Virus record (IMG/VR): IMGVR_UViG_3300007625_000001
Origin: an uncultured virus (IMG/VR IMGVR_UViG_3300007625_000001)
Taxonomy: Duplodnaviria; Heunggongvirae; Uroviricota; Caudoviricetes
Length of the DNA stretch: 64,000 nt
Direction: 5' to 3' (one strand)
Shown here: positions 25,787 through 35,488 of the stretch, one piece after another
Position numbering within the stretch: position 1 is the first letter of the stretch
Layout: every line of letters begins with the position of its first letter
The notes under the pieces: generated by a model
Told to the model about the DNA's origin: nothing
The model's input: only the letters and a program-made list of their open reading frames with translations
Database searches by the model: none
Translations under genes and position numbers: made by a program

Positions 25787-27064
25787 ATGACAGCCAAAAC
25801 AATAAGATTCGCTGGTGATGTAAACGTAAATTCTATTAAGATTGTTACCAGATCTGGTAACTCTCAGAATATTACTGCTCAGGTTATTAACATCCAAATA
25901 TTCGAAGACTTATTTTCTCCATTTATCACAGGCTCTCTTGTACTTAAAGAATCATTAGATTATGTTAATTTATTACCATTCACTGGTGAGGAACAAGTAG
26001 AAATTGATATTAGTACTCCAACCTTATCCAAGGGTAATATTAAAGGTACATTTTATATTTACAAATTAACTGATAGAGAACTGCTTGGAGATAAGTCTGT
26101 TACATATCAGTTACATTTTATATCAATGGAAGCCATTGTTGATTTAAATAAAAAGATTAGCAGAGTTTATACTGGTAAAGTTAATGATGTTATTGCAGAT
26201 ATACTAACAAATAAAACTGATGGTCTTCAATCTACTAAAAGATTTATATCAGAAGAATCATCTCGTTCAGTTAAATTCATATCTAATTTTTGGTCTCCTG
26301 TTAAGTCCATTAATTATGCTGCACAGTTTGCAGAAAATAACAATAACTCTCCAAGTTTTTTATTCTTCGAAAATAGAGATGGATTTTATTTCACTAGTTT
26401 AGAATCTATGTATGAATCTCAATCGGTGCAGAAGTTTACTTATGACAGATATACACGTGATAAAAAGCCTAATGGAGAAGATGCTAGAAATGTAACTGAA
26501 GATTTCAAACGAATAAACCTAATAAGTATACCAATAGGGTTTGATTATATTGATAGAATAAGAAGTGGTATGTTTGCTTCTAAAGCAACTTCGTATGATC
26601 TAACTAAAAAGTCTTATAGAGTTAAGACATATAATATGTTTGATAAATTTGATACATCTAAACATCTCAACAAATATAACGTGGCTTCTTTAAATTCTAT
26701 TTTTAGAACAAATTCTTCCATGATGATTATACCAAGATACACTGACGGATTTAGTGGTGGTGGTGATCTTAGTTATTTTAAATCAATTCAACAAAGAATT
26801 TCTTTATTGAAAGCAGCAGAGGCGAACAAGATTCACATTTCTGTTCCTGGAAGATTAGATTATACAGTCGGGCAAAAAGTAGAAGTTAGATTGAATAAAG
26901 TAGAACCATTAAGAAGCAGTGATAGAGATATCGAAGATAAAATGTTTTCAGGTTTTTATATAATTTCTGCTATCAATCATAATGTAGATAAAGAAATGCA
27001 TGAGTGTCATATGGAATTGATTAAAGATAGTTTGTTAATGAGTGTAGATAAGGCGAAAAAATAA
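25787..27064 (+). CDS. baseplate hub protein (gp27-like)
   Basis: I.IFED.FSPF.TG, FFENRDGFYF.S, VPG...VG, SG.Y.I.AI.H; lies between gp53 and gp5. Confidence 0.7.
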   Translation: MTAKTIRFAGDVNVNSIKIVTRSGNSQNITAQVINIQIFEDLFSPFITGSLVLKESLDYVNLLPFTGEEQVEIDISTPTLSKGNIKGTFYIYKLTDRELLGDKSVTYQLHFISMEAIVDLNKKISRVYTGKVNDVIADILTNKTDGLQSTKRFISEESSRSVKFISNFWSPVKSINYAAQFAENNNNSPSFLFFENRDGFYFTSLESMYESQSVQKFTYDRYTRDKKPNGEDARNVTEDFKRINLISIPIGFDYIDRIRSGMFASKATSYDLTKKSYRVKTYNMFDKFDTSKHLNKYNVASLNSIFRTNSSMMIIPRYTDGFSGGGDLSYFKSIQQRISLLKAAEANKIHISVPGRLDYTVGQKVEVRLNKVEPLRSSDRDIEDKMFSGFYIISAINHNVDKEMHECHMELIKDSLLMSVDKAKK

Positions 27065-30000
27065 TGTTTTATTCAGGTATTGTAGAAAACAGATCAGATC
27101 CACTTCAACTTGGTCGTTGTCAGGTTCGTATTGTGGGATTACACACCCATGATAAAACTCAATTACCGACTAATGAATTACCATGGGCACTTCCAGTACA
27201 ACAAATTGGTTCTGCTGCAATGAATGGTATTGGTTATACTCCAGTTGGTCCAGTTGAAGGTACTACTGTTATTATTATGTTTGCTGATGAAGATCAACAA
27301 CAACCAATTATACTTGGTACTATTGGTGGTATACCACAAGCACCAACTGCTATTGATGATGATGACAACTCTAGTCCTGTAGAAGATAGCACAGAAGTTT
27401 CTAAGATAGAGTTGAGAACTATTGTTGGTCCAGTTAATGGAAAGAAATTAACATTCATAGACAAAGCAACAGGAAGAACTGATTTAACTAAAGATCTAAA
27501 AGCCAATATGAAAGTTATTGGCTTTCAGTTACCTGAAGATACATTTATTGTTAGTGTAGATAGTGGCACTCAGATAACTATTAATAATGTAGTTGCAGGT
27601 TATGGTGAAAATATCATAACATTTAAAGATGCACCCACTAATCTTGCAGAAGTTAATGCAAGTAAAGCACAAAATTATTTGACAGATGGCTCAGGAAAAC
27701 CAGTTACTTCTGGAGATGGAACACCAATTACCGTTGGAGAATCTCCAGTTCAACCAACGAAAACTAATCTTGCAATACCTACAAAACCACCAAAAGGTGC
27801 ATCTCTAAATCCTGCTAAAGCGGAGGAAGGCATCAAAGCACTTATTGCTGCATGTGATAAAGTTGGATTAACTACCAGAGAACAGAAGTGTGCGCTGCTT
27901 GGTATTGCTGGTGGTGAGTCTGGTTGGATCCCACAATTAGAAAGTTATAATTACAGTAAAGATCGTCTGAAACAAATATTTTCTTTTGCGACTGATGCTA
28001 CTGCTGAACAATATTCACAAGCATCAAAAAAGGGAATGACTAGAGCACAATTTTTCTCTTGGGTTTATGGACCAACTACACGTGGTAAAAACTTTCTTGG
28101 TAATCAAACAGATGAAGATGGTGGTAAGTATTTCGGTCGTGGATTTATTCAGTTAACTGGTAAAGCAAACTATAAAAAGTATCAGGACATGTCAAACAAG
28201 ATGGGTCTAAATTTAGATCTTATCAATAATCCTGACTCACTTGATACTGATATTAATACATCTGCTTTAGTTGCTGCTCTCTATATTAAAGACAGAGTGC
28301 CATCTTCTGCAAAAACAACAGATCATCCTGGATATTTTTATGCTGCTAAAAAAGCAGTTGGTGTTAACTCACCAGATATCGCAGCACGTAAATTATCTTA
28401 TTATGAATATTTTTATGGAGAAGTAGCAGGTGGTGTAGTAGAAAAAGACGCAGGAACAAAAGCAGCAACACCACCAAAAGATGGATCTTCTCCAACTCCT
28501 GGACCATCTGCAGAATCTAAAAAACGAGGTTCAGATAATACTGGATTTAGAGATCCAAATAATAAGTATCCTTTAAAATCATATATTAATGAGCCAGACA
28601 CAAATCGTTTGGCACGTGGTATAATTACTGGAACTGTTATAGAGAAAAAAGATTCTAATATAAAAAAGGGTGTGCCGAAAGCAGTAGATCAAGGATCATG
28701 GGATCAACCAAATAATGGCTTTGGCTCAAAATATCCTTTCAATAAAGTTATGGAAACTGAGTCTGGTCACATTCAAGAATTTGATGATAGTCCTGGACAT
28801 GAGAGAATACATACGTATCATCGCTCTGGTACATTTACTGAGATTGATCCAAATGGAACTCAGGTAAATTATATCATTGGTGATAATTTCACACTAATGG
28901 AACGAAATGGTTCTATCCATGTGGCTGGTGAATATAATCTAACTGCTGATGGAAACGCAAATATATTCTGCAGATCAGATGCAAACATTGAAGTCTCGTC
29001 TAATGCAAATGTTCGAGTTGGAAATAATGTATCACTTGCAGTGGCAAACGATGTAGATATTGCAGTTGGTGGTCATTTTAATGTTAAGGCAGTTGGTGAT
29101 TTTAATGTTCAGGCTGCAAATATTAATCAGTTAGCTGACAGTGCTATGAAAATAGGATCGAGTGGAACTGTTGATATTAATTCTTCTGGTGTTATGAATG
29201 TTAATTATAGTCGAGGTAATTTTGGTGTTAGCGCAACAGCACCTTCTACTGTAGCAGGTACACCACCACCAGCAGGGCAACCTTTAAATCCAACTATTCC
29301 TTATTTAATTCCTCCAGAAAGAGAACTCGAACAACAGGCTGCAGTAGAAACCCCAGAAGATTTTAATACACCAGAAGGTCGTAAGCAATCACAAATACAA
29401 ACACAAAAGGGCGAGCCTAATGCTCCAGCACCTGTTGCAACAGAAGAAGCACCAACACCAACTGGTGGAGCACAATCTAAACCAGTTGCTGCTGATTGTA
29501 AGATAATCTATACTACTAAGAATTTCACTAATGACTATACGATATCTAAGAATTTTACATTGGGTATGTTAATGGATGGTGGTGTTAATGGAAAACATAA
29601 ACTTGTTGACCAAATGCTTCAACCAACGGCTAATACACCATTAAGATTATATACTGTTCAAGAAATTGTTTGTAATTTAGCGATGAGTGCTCAGAATCTA
29701 CTTGAAAATTATCTAGCTGTTCTTCCAAACGGCATAAGTGGATATAAGAAACAATGGACTATTTCTTCTGGTTATAGATTAAAGGGTGTTGTTAGTTATG
29801 AGAGCGCAACATCAGATCACTGTAAGGGACACTGTTTTGATGTTTGTTTACTAGGTGCAGATGTGAGTAATAAAACATATGATCTCGTTCAGAAGATGGA
29901 ACCACTAGTAACATATGATCAGATGATTTTAGAATATAGAAATCCGACTTCAGTGTGGATTCATTCTAGCTACAAAGCCCCAGGATCACCAGCAGGTGGT

Positions 30001-30114
30001 AATCGTAAGATGGCATTCACTATGGTAAATGACACAACTTATAAACGAAATGCTAAAGGGATACCTGAGGGATTCGTCTTAATTAATCCAATACCTCCAA
30101 AGAATAAAGCATAA
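27064..30114 (+). CDS. gp5: baseplate central spike with GH19-like and peptidase M15-like domains
   Basis: G.VE.R.DP.QLGR..VR..G.H OB fold; YPFN.V.ETESGH..EFDD.PG.ER; GRGFIQLTGKANY; SGYR..SDH..G...D..WIH. Confidence 0.92.
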   Translation: MFYSGIVENRSDPLQLGRCQVRIVGLHTHDKTQLPTNELPWALPVQQIGSAAMNGIGYTPVGPVEGTTVIIMFADEDQQQPIILGTIGGIPQAPTAIDDDDNSSPVEDSTEVSKIELRTIVGPVNGKKLTFIDKATGRTDLTKDLKANMKVIGFQLPEDTFIVSVDSGTQITINNVVAGYGENIITFKDAPTNLAEVNASKAQNYLTDGSGKPVTSGDGTPITVGESPVQPTKTNLAIPTKPPKGASLNPAKAEEGIKALIAACDKVGLTTREQKCALLGIAGGESGWIPQLESYNYSKDRLKQIFSFATDATAEQYSQASKKGMTRAQFFSWVYGPTTRGKNFLGNQTDEDGGKYFGRGFIQLTGKANYKKYQDMSNKMGLNLDLINNPDSLDTDINTSALVAALYIKDRVPSSAKTTDHPGYFYAAKKAVGVNSPDIAARKLSYYEYFYGEVAGGVVEKDAGTKAATPPKDGSSPTPGPSAESKKRGSDNTGFRDPNNKYPLKSYINEPDTNRLARGIITGTVIEKKDSNIKKGVPKAVDQGSWDQPNNGFGSKYPFNKVMETESGHIQEFDDSPGHERIHTYHRSGTFTEIDPNGTQVNYIIGDNFTLMERNGSIHVAGEYNLTADGNANIFCRSDANIEVSSNANVRVGNNVSLAVANDVDIAVGGHFNVKAVGDFNVQAANINQLADSAMKIGSSGTVDINSSGVMNVNYSRGNFGVSATAPSTVAGTPPPAGQPLNPTIPYLIPPERELEQQAAVETPEDFNTPEGRKQSQIQTQKGEPNAPAPVATEEAPTPTGGAQSKPVAADCKIIYTTKNFTNDYTISKNFTLGMLMDGGVNGKHKLVDQMLQPTANTPLRLYTVQEIVCNLAMSAQNLLENYLAVLPNGISGYKKQWTISSGYRLKGVVSYESATSDHCKGHCFDVCLLGADVSNKTYDLVQKMEPLVTYDQMILEYRNPTSVWIHSSYKAPGSPAGGNRKMAFTMVNDTTYKRNAKGIPEGFVLINPIPPKNKA

Positions 30115-30410
30115 TGGCTAAGGTAACGTATAAGGGAGCTATGTCAGATGCATCTTGTGGTTTACCTGCAAATGCATTGACTACTGAAGTATGTACCAAA
30201 AGTTTTGTAGCAGAGGGTGCTATAGGACTAGTTGGTTCTAAATTCACACAACAGCAGGTGGGAAGTAGTATACATCCTATTAGTGCTAGAAATATAAGTT
30301 CTGGTGCATCTAAAACTTTCTTTGAAGGTAAGGCTGCAGCAAGAATTGGAGATTCAATTTCTTGTGGTGATAAAGTAAAAGATGGATCTGCAAAAACGAA
30401 CGTAGAGTAA
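30114..30410 (+). CDS. PAAR spike tip protein (gp5.4-like)
   Basis: G.AAARIGD.ISCG motif; follows gp5. Confidence 0.85.
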   Translation: MAKVTYKGAMSDASCGLPANALTTEVCTKSFVAEGAIGLVGSKFTQQQVGSSIHPISARNISSGASKTFFEGKAAARIGDSISCGDKVKDGSAKTNVE

Positions 30411-30411
30411 C

Positions 30412-30418
30412 CTAAATA
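30412..30418 (+). promoter_or_regulatory. late promoter-like motif CTAAATA
   Basis: 5 nt upstream of the gp25 ATG. Confidence 0.6.
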
Positions 30419-30423
30419 AGAAT

Positions 30424-30816
30424 ATGGCAAGAAATACAAGAATCTTCTCTGATCTAGACTTCAATTTCACGGCTCACCCAGTGACTAAGGATTTGACACG
30501 TCGATATGGCGACAATGCCATAAAGACTGCGCTAAAAAATCTTATCCTAACCAACAACTTTGAACGACCATTTCATAGTGAAATTGGTAGTCCTATTAGA
30601 CGTTTACTGTTCGAGCCAGCAACTCCTCTACTTGCAGCTTCCCTAAAACAGGCTATTATTAATACTATTAATAACTTCGAGCCAAGAGTAGAGCTAATTA
30701 ATGTAATAGTTAGCGTAGATGAAGATTCTTATTCAGTTGGAGTTTCTATAGAATTTCAAGTTATTAATACAACAAGACCACTAACTCTTGACCTAACGCT
30801 AGAGAGAACACGATAA
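30424..30816 (+). CDS. gp25: baseplate wedge subunit
   Basis: FSDLD.NF..HP.T.D, AIK...KNL.LT...ERPF, FEPRV. Confidence 0.93.
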   Translation: MARNTRIFSDLDFNFTAHPVTKDLTRRYGDNAIKTALKNLILTNNFERPFHSEIGSPIRRLLFEPATPLLAASLKQAIINTINNFEPRVELINVIVSVDEDSYSVGVSIEFQVINTTRPLTLDLTLERTR

Positions 30817-30817
30817 A

Positions 30818-32647
30818 ATGGCAAATAAAAGAATCACCGTAACAGAGTTAGACTTTGATGGTATCAAAGGAAACTTAAAGAATTTTTTAAAAGGACAGAC
30901 AGAATTTCAAGATTACGATTTTGAAGGTTCTGCTATGTCAGTTTTAATAGATGTTTTAGCATACAACACGCATTATAATGCTTTGTACAATAACATGTCT
31001 ATTAATGAGATGTTTCTTGATTCTGCTAGAAAACGTAACAGTGTAGTTTCTATTTCTAAGATGCTTGGTTATTCTCCAAGATCAGCAACATGTTCTCAAG
31101 CAACAGTCAATATAGTAGTTTCTGGTGGAACTTCTTCTCCTGGAAATTTATCGTTACCTTCATATAGTCCATTCACAAGTAGTATAAATGGAAAGACATA
31201 TACTTTCTATACACAGGGAACTATAACTGTGAATAGAGTAGCCAATTCATACACATTTGCTGATGTTTCTATCATTGAAGGTACTCCTCTTTCTTATCAA
31301 TATAATGTTTCTGCTGGAACACGTTATGTTATACCAAACCTTGGTATTGATCTTGCTACATTAAAGGTTAGAGTACAAGAAAATTCTTCTTCCAACGTCT
31401 ATGAGACATGGTATAAAGCAGGAGAACTTGTAGATATTGATAATAGCACTCTTGCATATTGGACGAAAGAAATTGATGATGGTTTATATGAACTAACATT
31501 CGGAGATGATAATCTTGGTAAAGCACTAGAAGCTGGTAACGTAGTTCACTTAGATTATTTTGTATCTAGTTTAGAAGCACCAAATGGTGCACGATCATTC
31601 ACATATAATGGATCAACTTTAATTTCTGGTGCTACTGTTGCTATTACAACAAACGATCCTGCCAATAATGGTGCTGATCGTGAAGACACAGAAAGTATTC
31701 GTTTTAATGCGCCAAGATCATATGCAGCACAAAATCGTGCAGTAACTCCAGATGACTACAAAGCATTGATTTATTCTGCTGTTCCAGAAGCACAATCAGT
31801 AACAGTTTGGGGTGGTGAGGATAATGATCCTCCAGTATATGGCAAAACATACATTTGTGTTAAACCTAGAAATGCTAGTAAGTTAACATCAATCCAAAAG
31901 GCTAATATTATTAGTACGGTTTTGGGCAAACGTGGTGTTGTTTCAGTTATACCAGAAATTGTAGATCCAGAATATATTAATATTGCTTTACATGTAACTG
32001 TTTATTATAACGAACAAACAACAACAAAAACATCAGATGAAATTGCTAGTCGAGTTAGAACAGCAGTCATGGAATATAATAATACAGATCTCCAAACTTT
32101 CGATGGTGTTTTTAGATTCTCTAAATTGAGTAAACTTATAGATGAAACAGATACATCTATCGTAAATAATATTACAACTGTTCTTCTTCGTAGACAACTA
32201 ACTCCAAGATATAATGTACGTGCTCAGTATATTCTTAATATGATTAACCCTATTTTGAGTACTGGGCTTCCAGAAAATGCTTTTAGTAGTACTGGTTTTT
32301 ATATTTCTGGTTCGGATCAAATTCACTATCTTGACGATGATGGTGTTAAATATGTTCGTCTTTGGAGATATGGCGATAATGGTATTAAAATTATTGTAGA
32401 CAATCAATTGGGAACTATTGATTATGCCAAAGGATATGTTGATATACGCAATCTAAATATTGTTGCACTAGCAGATATTGATTTAGAAATTTCAATTCGT
32501 CCGCTATCCAATGATGTAGTTTCAGCACTTACACAAATTGCAGAAATTGCAACTGACCACTTATACATAACAGCTATTGCGGATAAAACTGCTTCTGGGG
32601 ATTTACGTGGTGGTTATAACTATACATTCGCTTCAAGTAGATCATAA
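30818..32647 (+). CDS. gp6: baseplate wedge subunit
   Basis: ELDFD.IK.NL, DYDFEGS, LAYNTHYNA, E.FLDSA..R, QNRAVT..DY, WGGE.N.PP.YG. Confidence 0.95.
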   Translation: MANKRITVTELDFDGIKGNLKNFLKGQTEFQDYDFEGSAMSVLIDVLAYNTHYNALYNNMSINEMFLDSARKRNSVVSISKMLGYSPRSATCSQATVNIVVSGGTSSPGNLSLPSYSPFTSSINGKTYTFYTQGTITVNRVANSYTFADVSIIEGTPLSYQYNVSAGTRYVIPNLGIDLATLKVRVQENSSSNVYETWYKAGELVDIDNSTLAYWTKEIDDGLYELTFGDDNLGKALEAGNVVHLDYFVSSLEAPNGARSFTYNGSTLISGATVAITTNDPANNGADREDTESIRFNAPRSYAAQNRAVTPDDYKALIYSAVPEAQSVTVWGGEDNDPPVYGKTYICVKPRNASKLTSIQKANIISTVLGKRGVVSVIPEIVDPEYINIALHVTVYYNEQTTTKTSDEIASRVRTAVMEYNNTDLQTFDGVFRFSKLSKLIDETDTSIVNNITTVLLRRQLTPRYNVRAQYILNMINPILSTGLPENAFSSTGFYISGSDQIHYLDDDGVKYVRLWRYGDNGIKIIVDNQLGTIDYAKGYVDIRNLNIVALADIDLEISIRPLSNDVVSALTQIAEIATDHLYITAIADKTASGDLRGGYNYTFASSRS

Positions 32648-32659
32648 TTAGTTAATAAA

Positions 32660-34981
32660 ATGGCAATCACAAAACCGCAGTTAAAGTCGCTGGTCAAATC
32701 CCAGCTACCAGAATTCGTAAGAGAAGAGTACGACACATTCGTACAATTCCTACAAGCATATTATGAATTTCTTGAAACGACTCAGGTAAATTTAAATACG
32801 ACACGTGATTTAGATAACACATTAGAAAGTTTTGTTAGTTATTTTAAAAATGAGTTAGCTGCTAAACTTCCTTATTCTACTATAGATGAGAGATTTTTAT
32901 TACAACATATTAAAGATCATTATCGTGCTAAAGGTTCTGAGAACTCATTTAAACTTTTATTCAGGATTCTTTTCAATAAGGAAGTTACACTAGACTATCC
33001 ATCGAAACAGATGCTACGTGCATCAGATGGTAAATGGAATCAAGATGTATCAGTATTCGTTAGAATCATTCAAGGAAACCCAAACGATATCGTCGGTAAA
33101 CTTGTTGATGTTGTAACAACTACTAAAATCATTCGTGTCTTAGTTGATCGTCGTCAGTATGTTGAGGTAGAAGTAGATCGTGCAATTCGAATCTCTGATG
33201 ATGTTTATGAGTTTATCATAGATCGTCGTTTCTTCGGTAATATTTCTGTCGGTGATAGATTACGTTATCGAGATGATGCCAATGGCATTTTCTTTAATGG
33301 TACGATCTTAACTACAACAGCTAGCCTTATAATTCAACAACCTGGAACTGGATTTAAAGTAGGTGATTTATATAATGTTAAAAACTTTGATGGTTATGGA
33401 TCTATATTAAAAGTTTCAGGTGTAACATCAACAGGTGGTATGGCATCTGCTGTTTTTATTAAATATGGTATTGGATATACCACTGACTTTACTACTACAA
33501 TTTCTTCTACAAGTGGTCAGGATGTAGCTGGTACTGCAGGAACAATTATTCAGCGTGTAGATTCTATAGTTGGTGGGGTTAATACATTAAGTACATTAAC
33601 CATATCAGAAGGTATGGATGGCTTCTCTGAGAGTGGAACATTCAGTGTGGCAGACTATAACCAACAGGTACCAGCAGATTCTAACTATGCGACTGGACCA
33701 GCAATAGATGGAACTTATGCTGGTCTTGTTGTTCGTGAATTTGGTATTAGTTCTGTAGATTCTCAAGCATCTACAACTGAACCAGCTATTCTTAAAGTTA
33801 CTCTTGGACCACTTGCAAAATATCCAGGTTATTATATTAATAATGATGGATTCTTGGATGATGCAATTTATATCCAAGATAGTCGTTACTATCAATCATA
33901 CTCTTATGTTATTAAGATTGATGAAGCATTAGACAGTTACAAAACCGCTGTTAAGAATTTAATTCACCCCGCTGGTATGGCAATTTTCGGTGAATATGAT
34001 ATTCGAAATGAATTTAATGTCGGTATTACTTTGGAGTCTATGTTAAAGATTCTAAACGTAACTGTGAACGATTCGTTCATGCTTGGCGATACTACTGGAA
34101 CATTATTCACTAGAACTGTCCCGTATTTAAATTTATCAAAACCGATTGATGATACTACATTAAATTATGATAATTACGCTGATGGACATTCTGTAACTAT
34201 AACAGAAATTGGATATGCGAGTGATTTAACGAGAACACTTCCGTATCTTGATTTATCAAAACCAATTAATAGTACTACATTAAATTATGGTTTAGTCACA
34301 GAATCGCAGGATGTAACTCCAAGCGAACTTACATCTACATATGCTGATGCTAGCACTCGTTTGGGTGCAAATATATTTGACTTCTCCAAGAGTTTAAGTC
34401 TTGGACACTTTATTAACAATGGAACTACGACAGACGATGAATCTGTTATAATGACTGAAACTGGTTATACTGCAGATCTTGGTAGAACTCTACCAATTTT
34501 AAATGTTTCTAAGTTACTTTATAACAACACATTTAACTATGATAATGTATTAGACGATAATACAGCGACTATGACAGAAGTTGATTATGCTGGTATTCTA
34601 GGAACCAGACTTGGCATTTCAGCAATTGATAGTAATAAAGTACTAAGTGCTGGACATTATTTACTTGATGGTTCATCTACAGATACTGAAACTGCCACTA
34701 TGCTGGATACAGATGCCTCAAGCGCATCTGACCTAAATAGAACAAACCCTGCATTCTCTTTAACAACTACCCTAAATAGTCAGTACTACATTGTTGGTAC
34801 TGCTACATATGCTGGCGATAATAGTATTACTTTACCCACTGGTGGTGAGAGTGGTGTTTTAGATCTTAACCCATATGCTGCAGGAGATTATTTCTTGCAT
34901 GACGATGGTTTATACGTTGGAGTTCTATATGTTGCAGGGCAAGGATACGGATATCAGACCTTTACTGGGGCTGGTGTATAA
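32660..34981 (+). CDS. baseplate wedge protein (gp7-like) with repetitive C-terminus
   Basis: QLPEFVR..Y..FV.FL.AYYE, Y.AKG...S.KLLFRILF, IQDS.YYQ.YSY, HPAG...FG; between gp6 and gp8. Confidence 0.75.
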   Translation: MAITKPQLKSLVKSQLPEFVREEYDTFVQFLQAYYEFLETTQVNLNTTRDLDNTLESFVSYFKNELAAKLPYSTIDERFLLQHIKDHYRAKGSENSFKLLFRILFNKEVTLDYPSKQMLRASDGKWNQDVSVFVRIIQGNPNDIVGKLVDVVTTTKIIRVLVDRRQYVEVEVDRAIRISDDVYEFIIDRRFFGNISVGDRLRYRDDANGIFFNGTILTTTASLIIQQPGTGFKVGDLYNVKNFDGYGSILKVSGVTSTGGMASAVFIKYGIGYTTDFTTTISSTSGQDVAGTAGTIIQRVDSIVGGVNTLSTLTISEGMDGFSESGTFSVADYNQQVPADSNYATGPAIDGTYAGLVVREFGISSVDSQASTTEPAILKVTLGPLAKYPGYYINNDGFLDDAIYIQDSRYYQSYSYVIKIDEALDSYKTAVKNLIHPAGMAIFGEYDIRNEFNVGITLESMLKILNVTVNDSFMLGDTTGTLFTRTVPYLNLSKPIDDTTLNYDNYADGHSVTITEIGYASDLTRTLPYLDLSKPINSTTLNYGLVTESQDVTPSELTSTYADASTRLGANIFDFSKSLSLGHFINNGTTTDDESVIMTETGYTADLGRTLPILNVSKLLYNNTFNYDNVLDDNTATMTEVDYAGILGTRLGISAIDSNKVLSAGHYLLDGSSTDTETATMLDTDASSASDLNRTNPAFSLTTTLNSQYYIVGTATYAGDNSITLPTGGESGVLDLNPYAAGDYFLHDDGLYVGVLYVAGQGYGYQTFTGAGV

Positions 34982-35005
34982 TAAATCACTCAATAGGAGA
35001 TTCTT

Positions 35006-35473
35006 ATGAATTTAAACGAACAAGATATAAAAGCAACAGGACATGTAGAAATTGTTGTTACCGATAAACAAGGCAAGATTAAAGAAACACGTAGTGTAAA
35101 GAATCTCGTTATGACTGTTGGTAAAGCATATATTGCACAACGTATGACTTCTGGTTCTACGCAGATTATGAACACAATGGCCATTGGTGTTGGAACTACA
35201 ACCCCAGCTGCTACTCAGACTGCTTTGTCATCTGAGGCTGGTCGTGTTGCGACTTCTTCTTTCTCTGCAGGTGGTACTTCTGGTAATGAAGTTACTGCGA
35301 CTGCTACATTTCCAGCTGGTACTGGTACTGGATCTATTACTGAAGCGGGAATTTTTAACCCATCTTCAGCTGGTGCAGCTGCTGGTACTATGATGTGTCG
35401 TACAACCTTCCCAGTTGTTAGTAAAGCTGCTGGTGATTCTATCGCCATCACATGGAAAGTTACTGTATCCTAA
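35006..35473 (+). CDS. virion structural protein
   Basis: KNLV...G, MAIG.G, ITEAGIFN, M.CRT.F.VV.K; AGGAG SD. Confidence 0.7.
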   Translation: MNLNEQDIKATGHVEIVVTDKQGKIKETRSVKNLVMTVGKAYIAQRMTSGSTQIMNTMAIGVGTTTPAATQTALSSEAGRVATSSFSAGGTSGNEVTATATFPAGTGTGSITEAGIFNPSSAGAAAGTMMCRTTFPVVSKAAGDSIAITWKVTVS

Positions 35474-35488
35474 ACTAGGAAAATCTAA

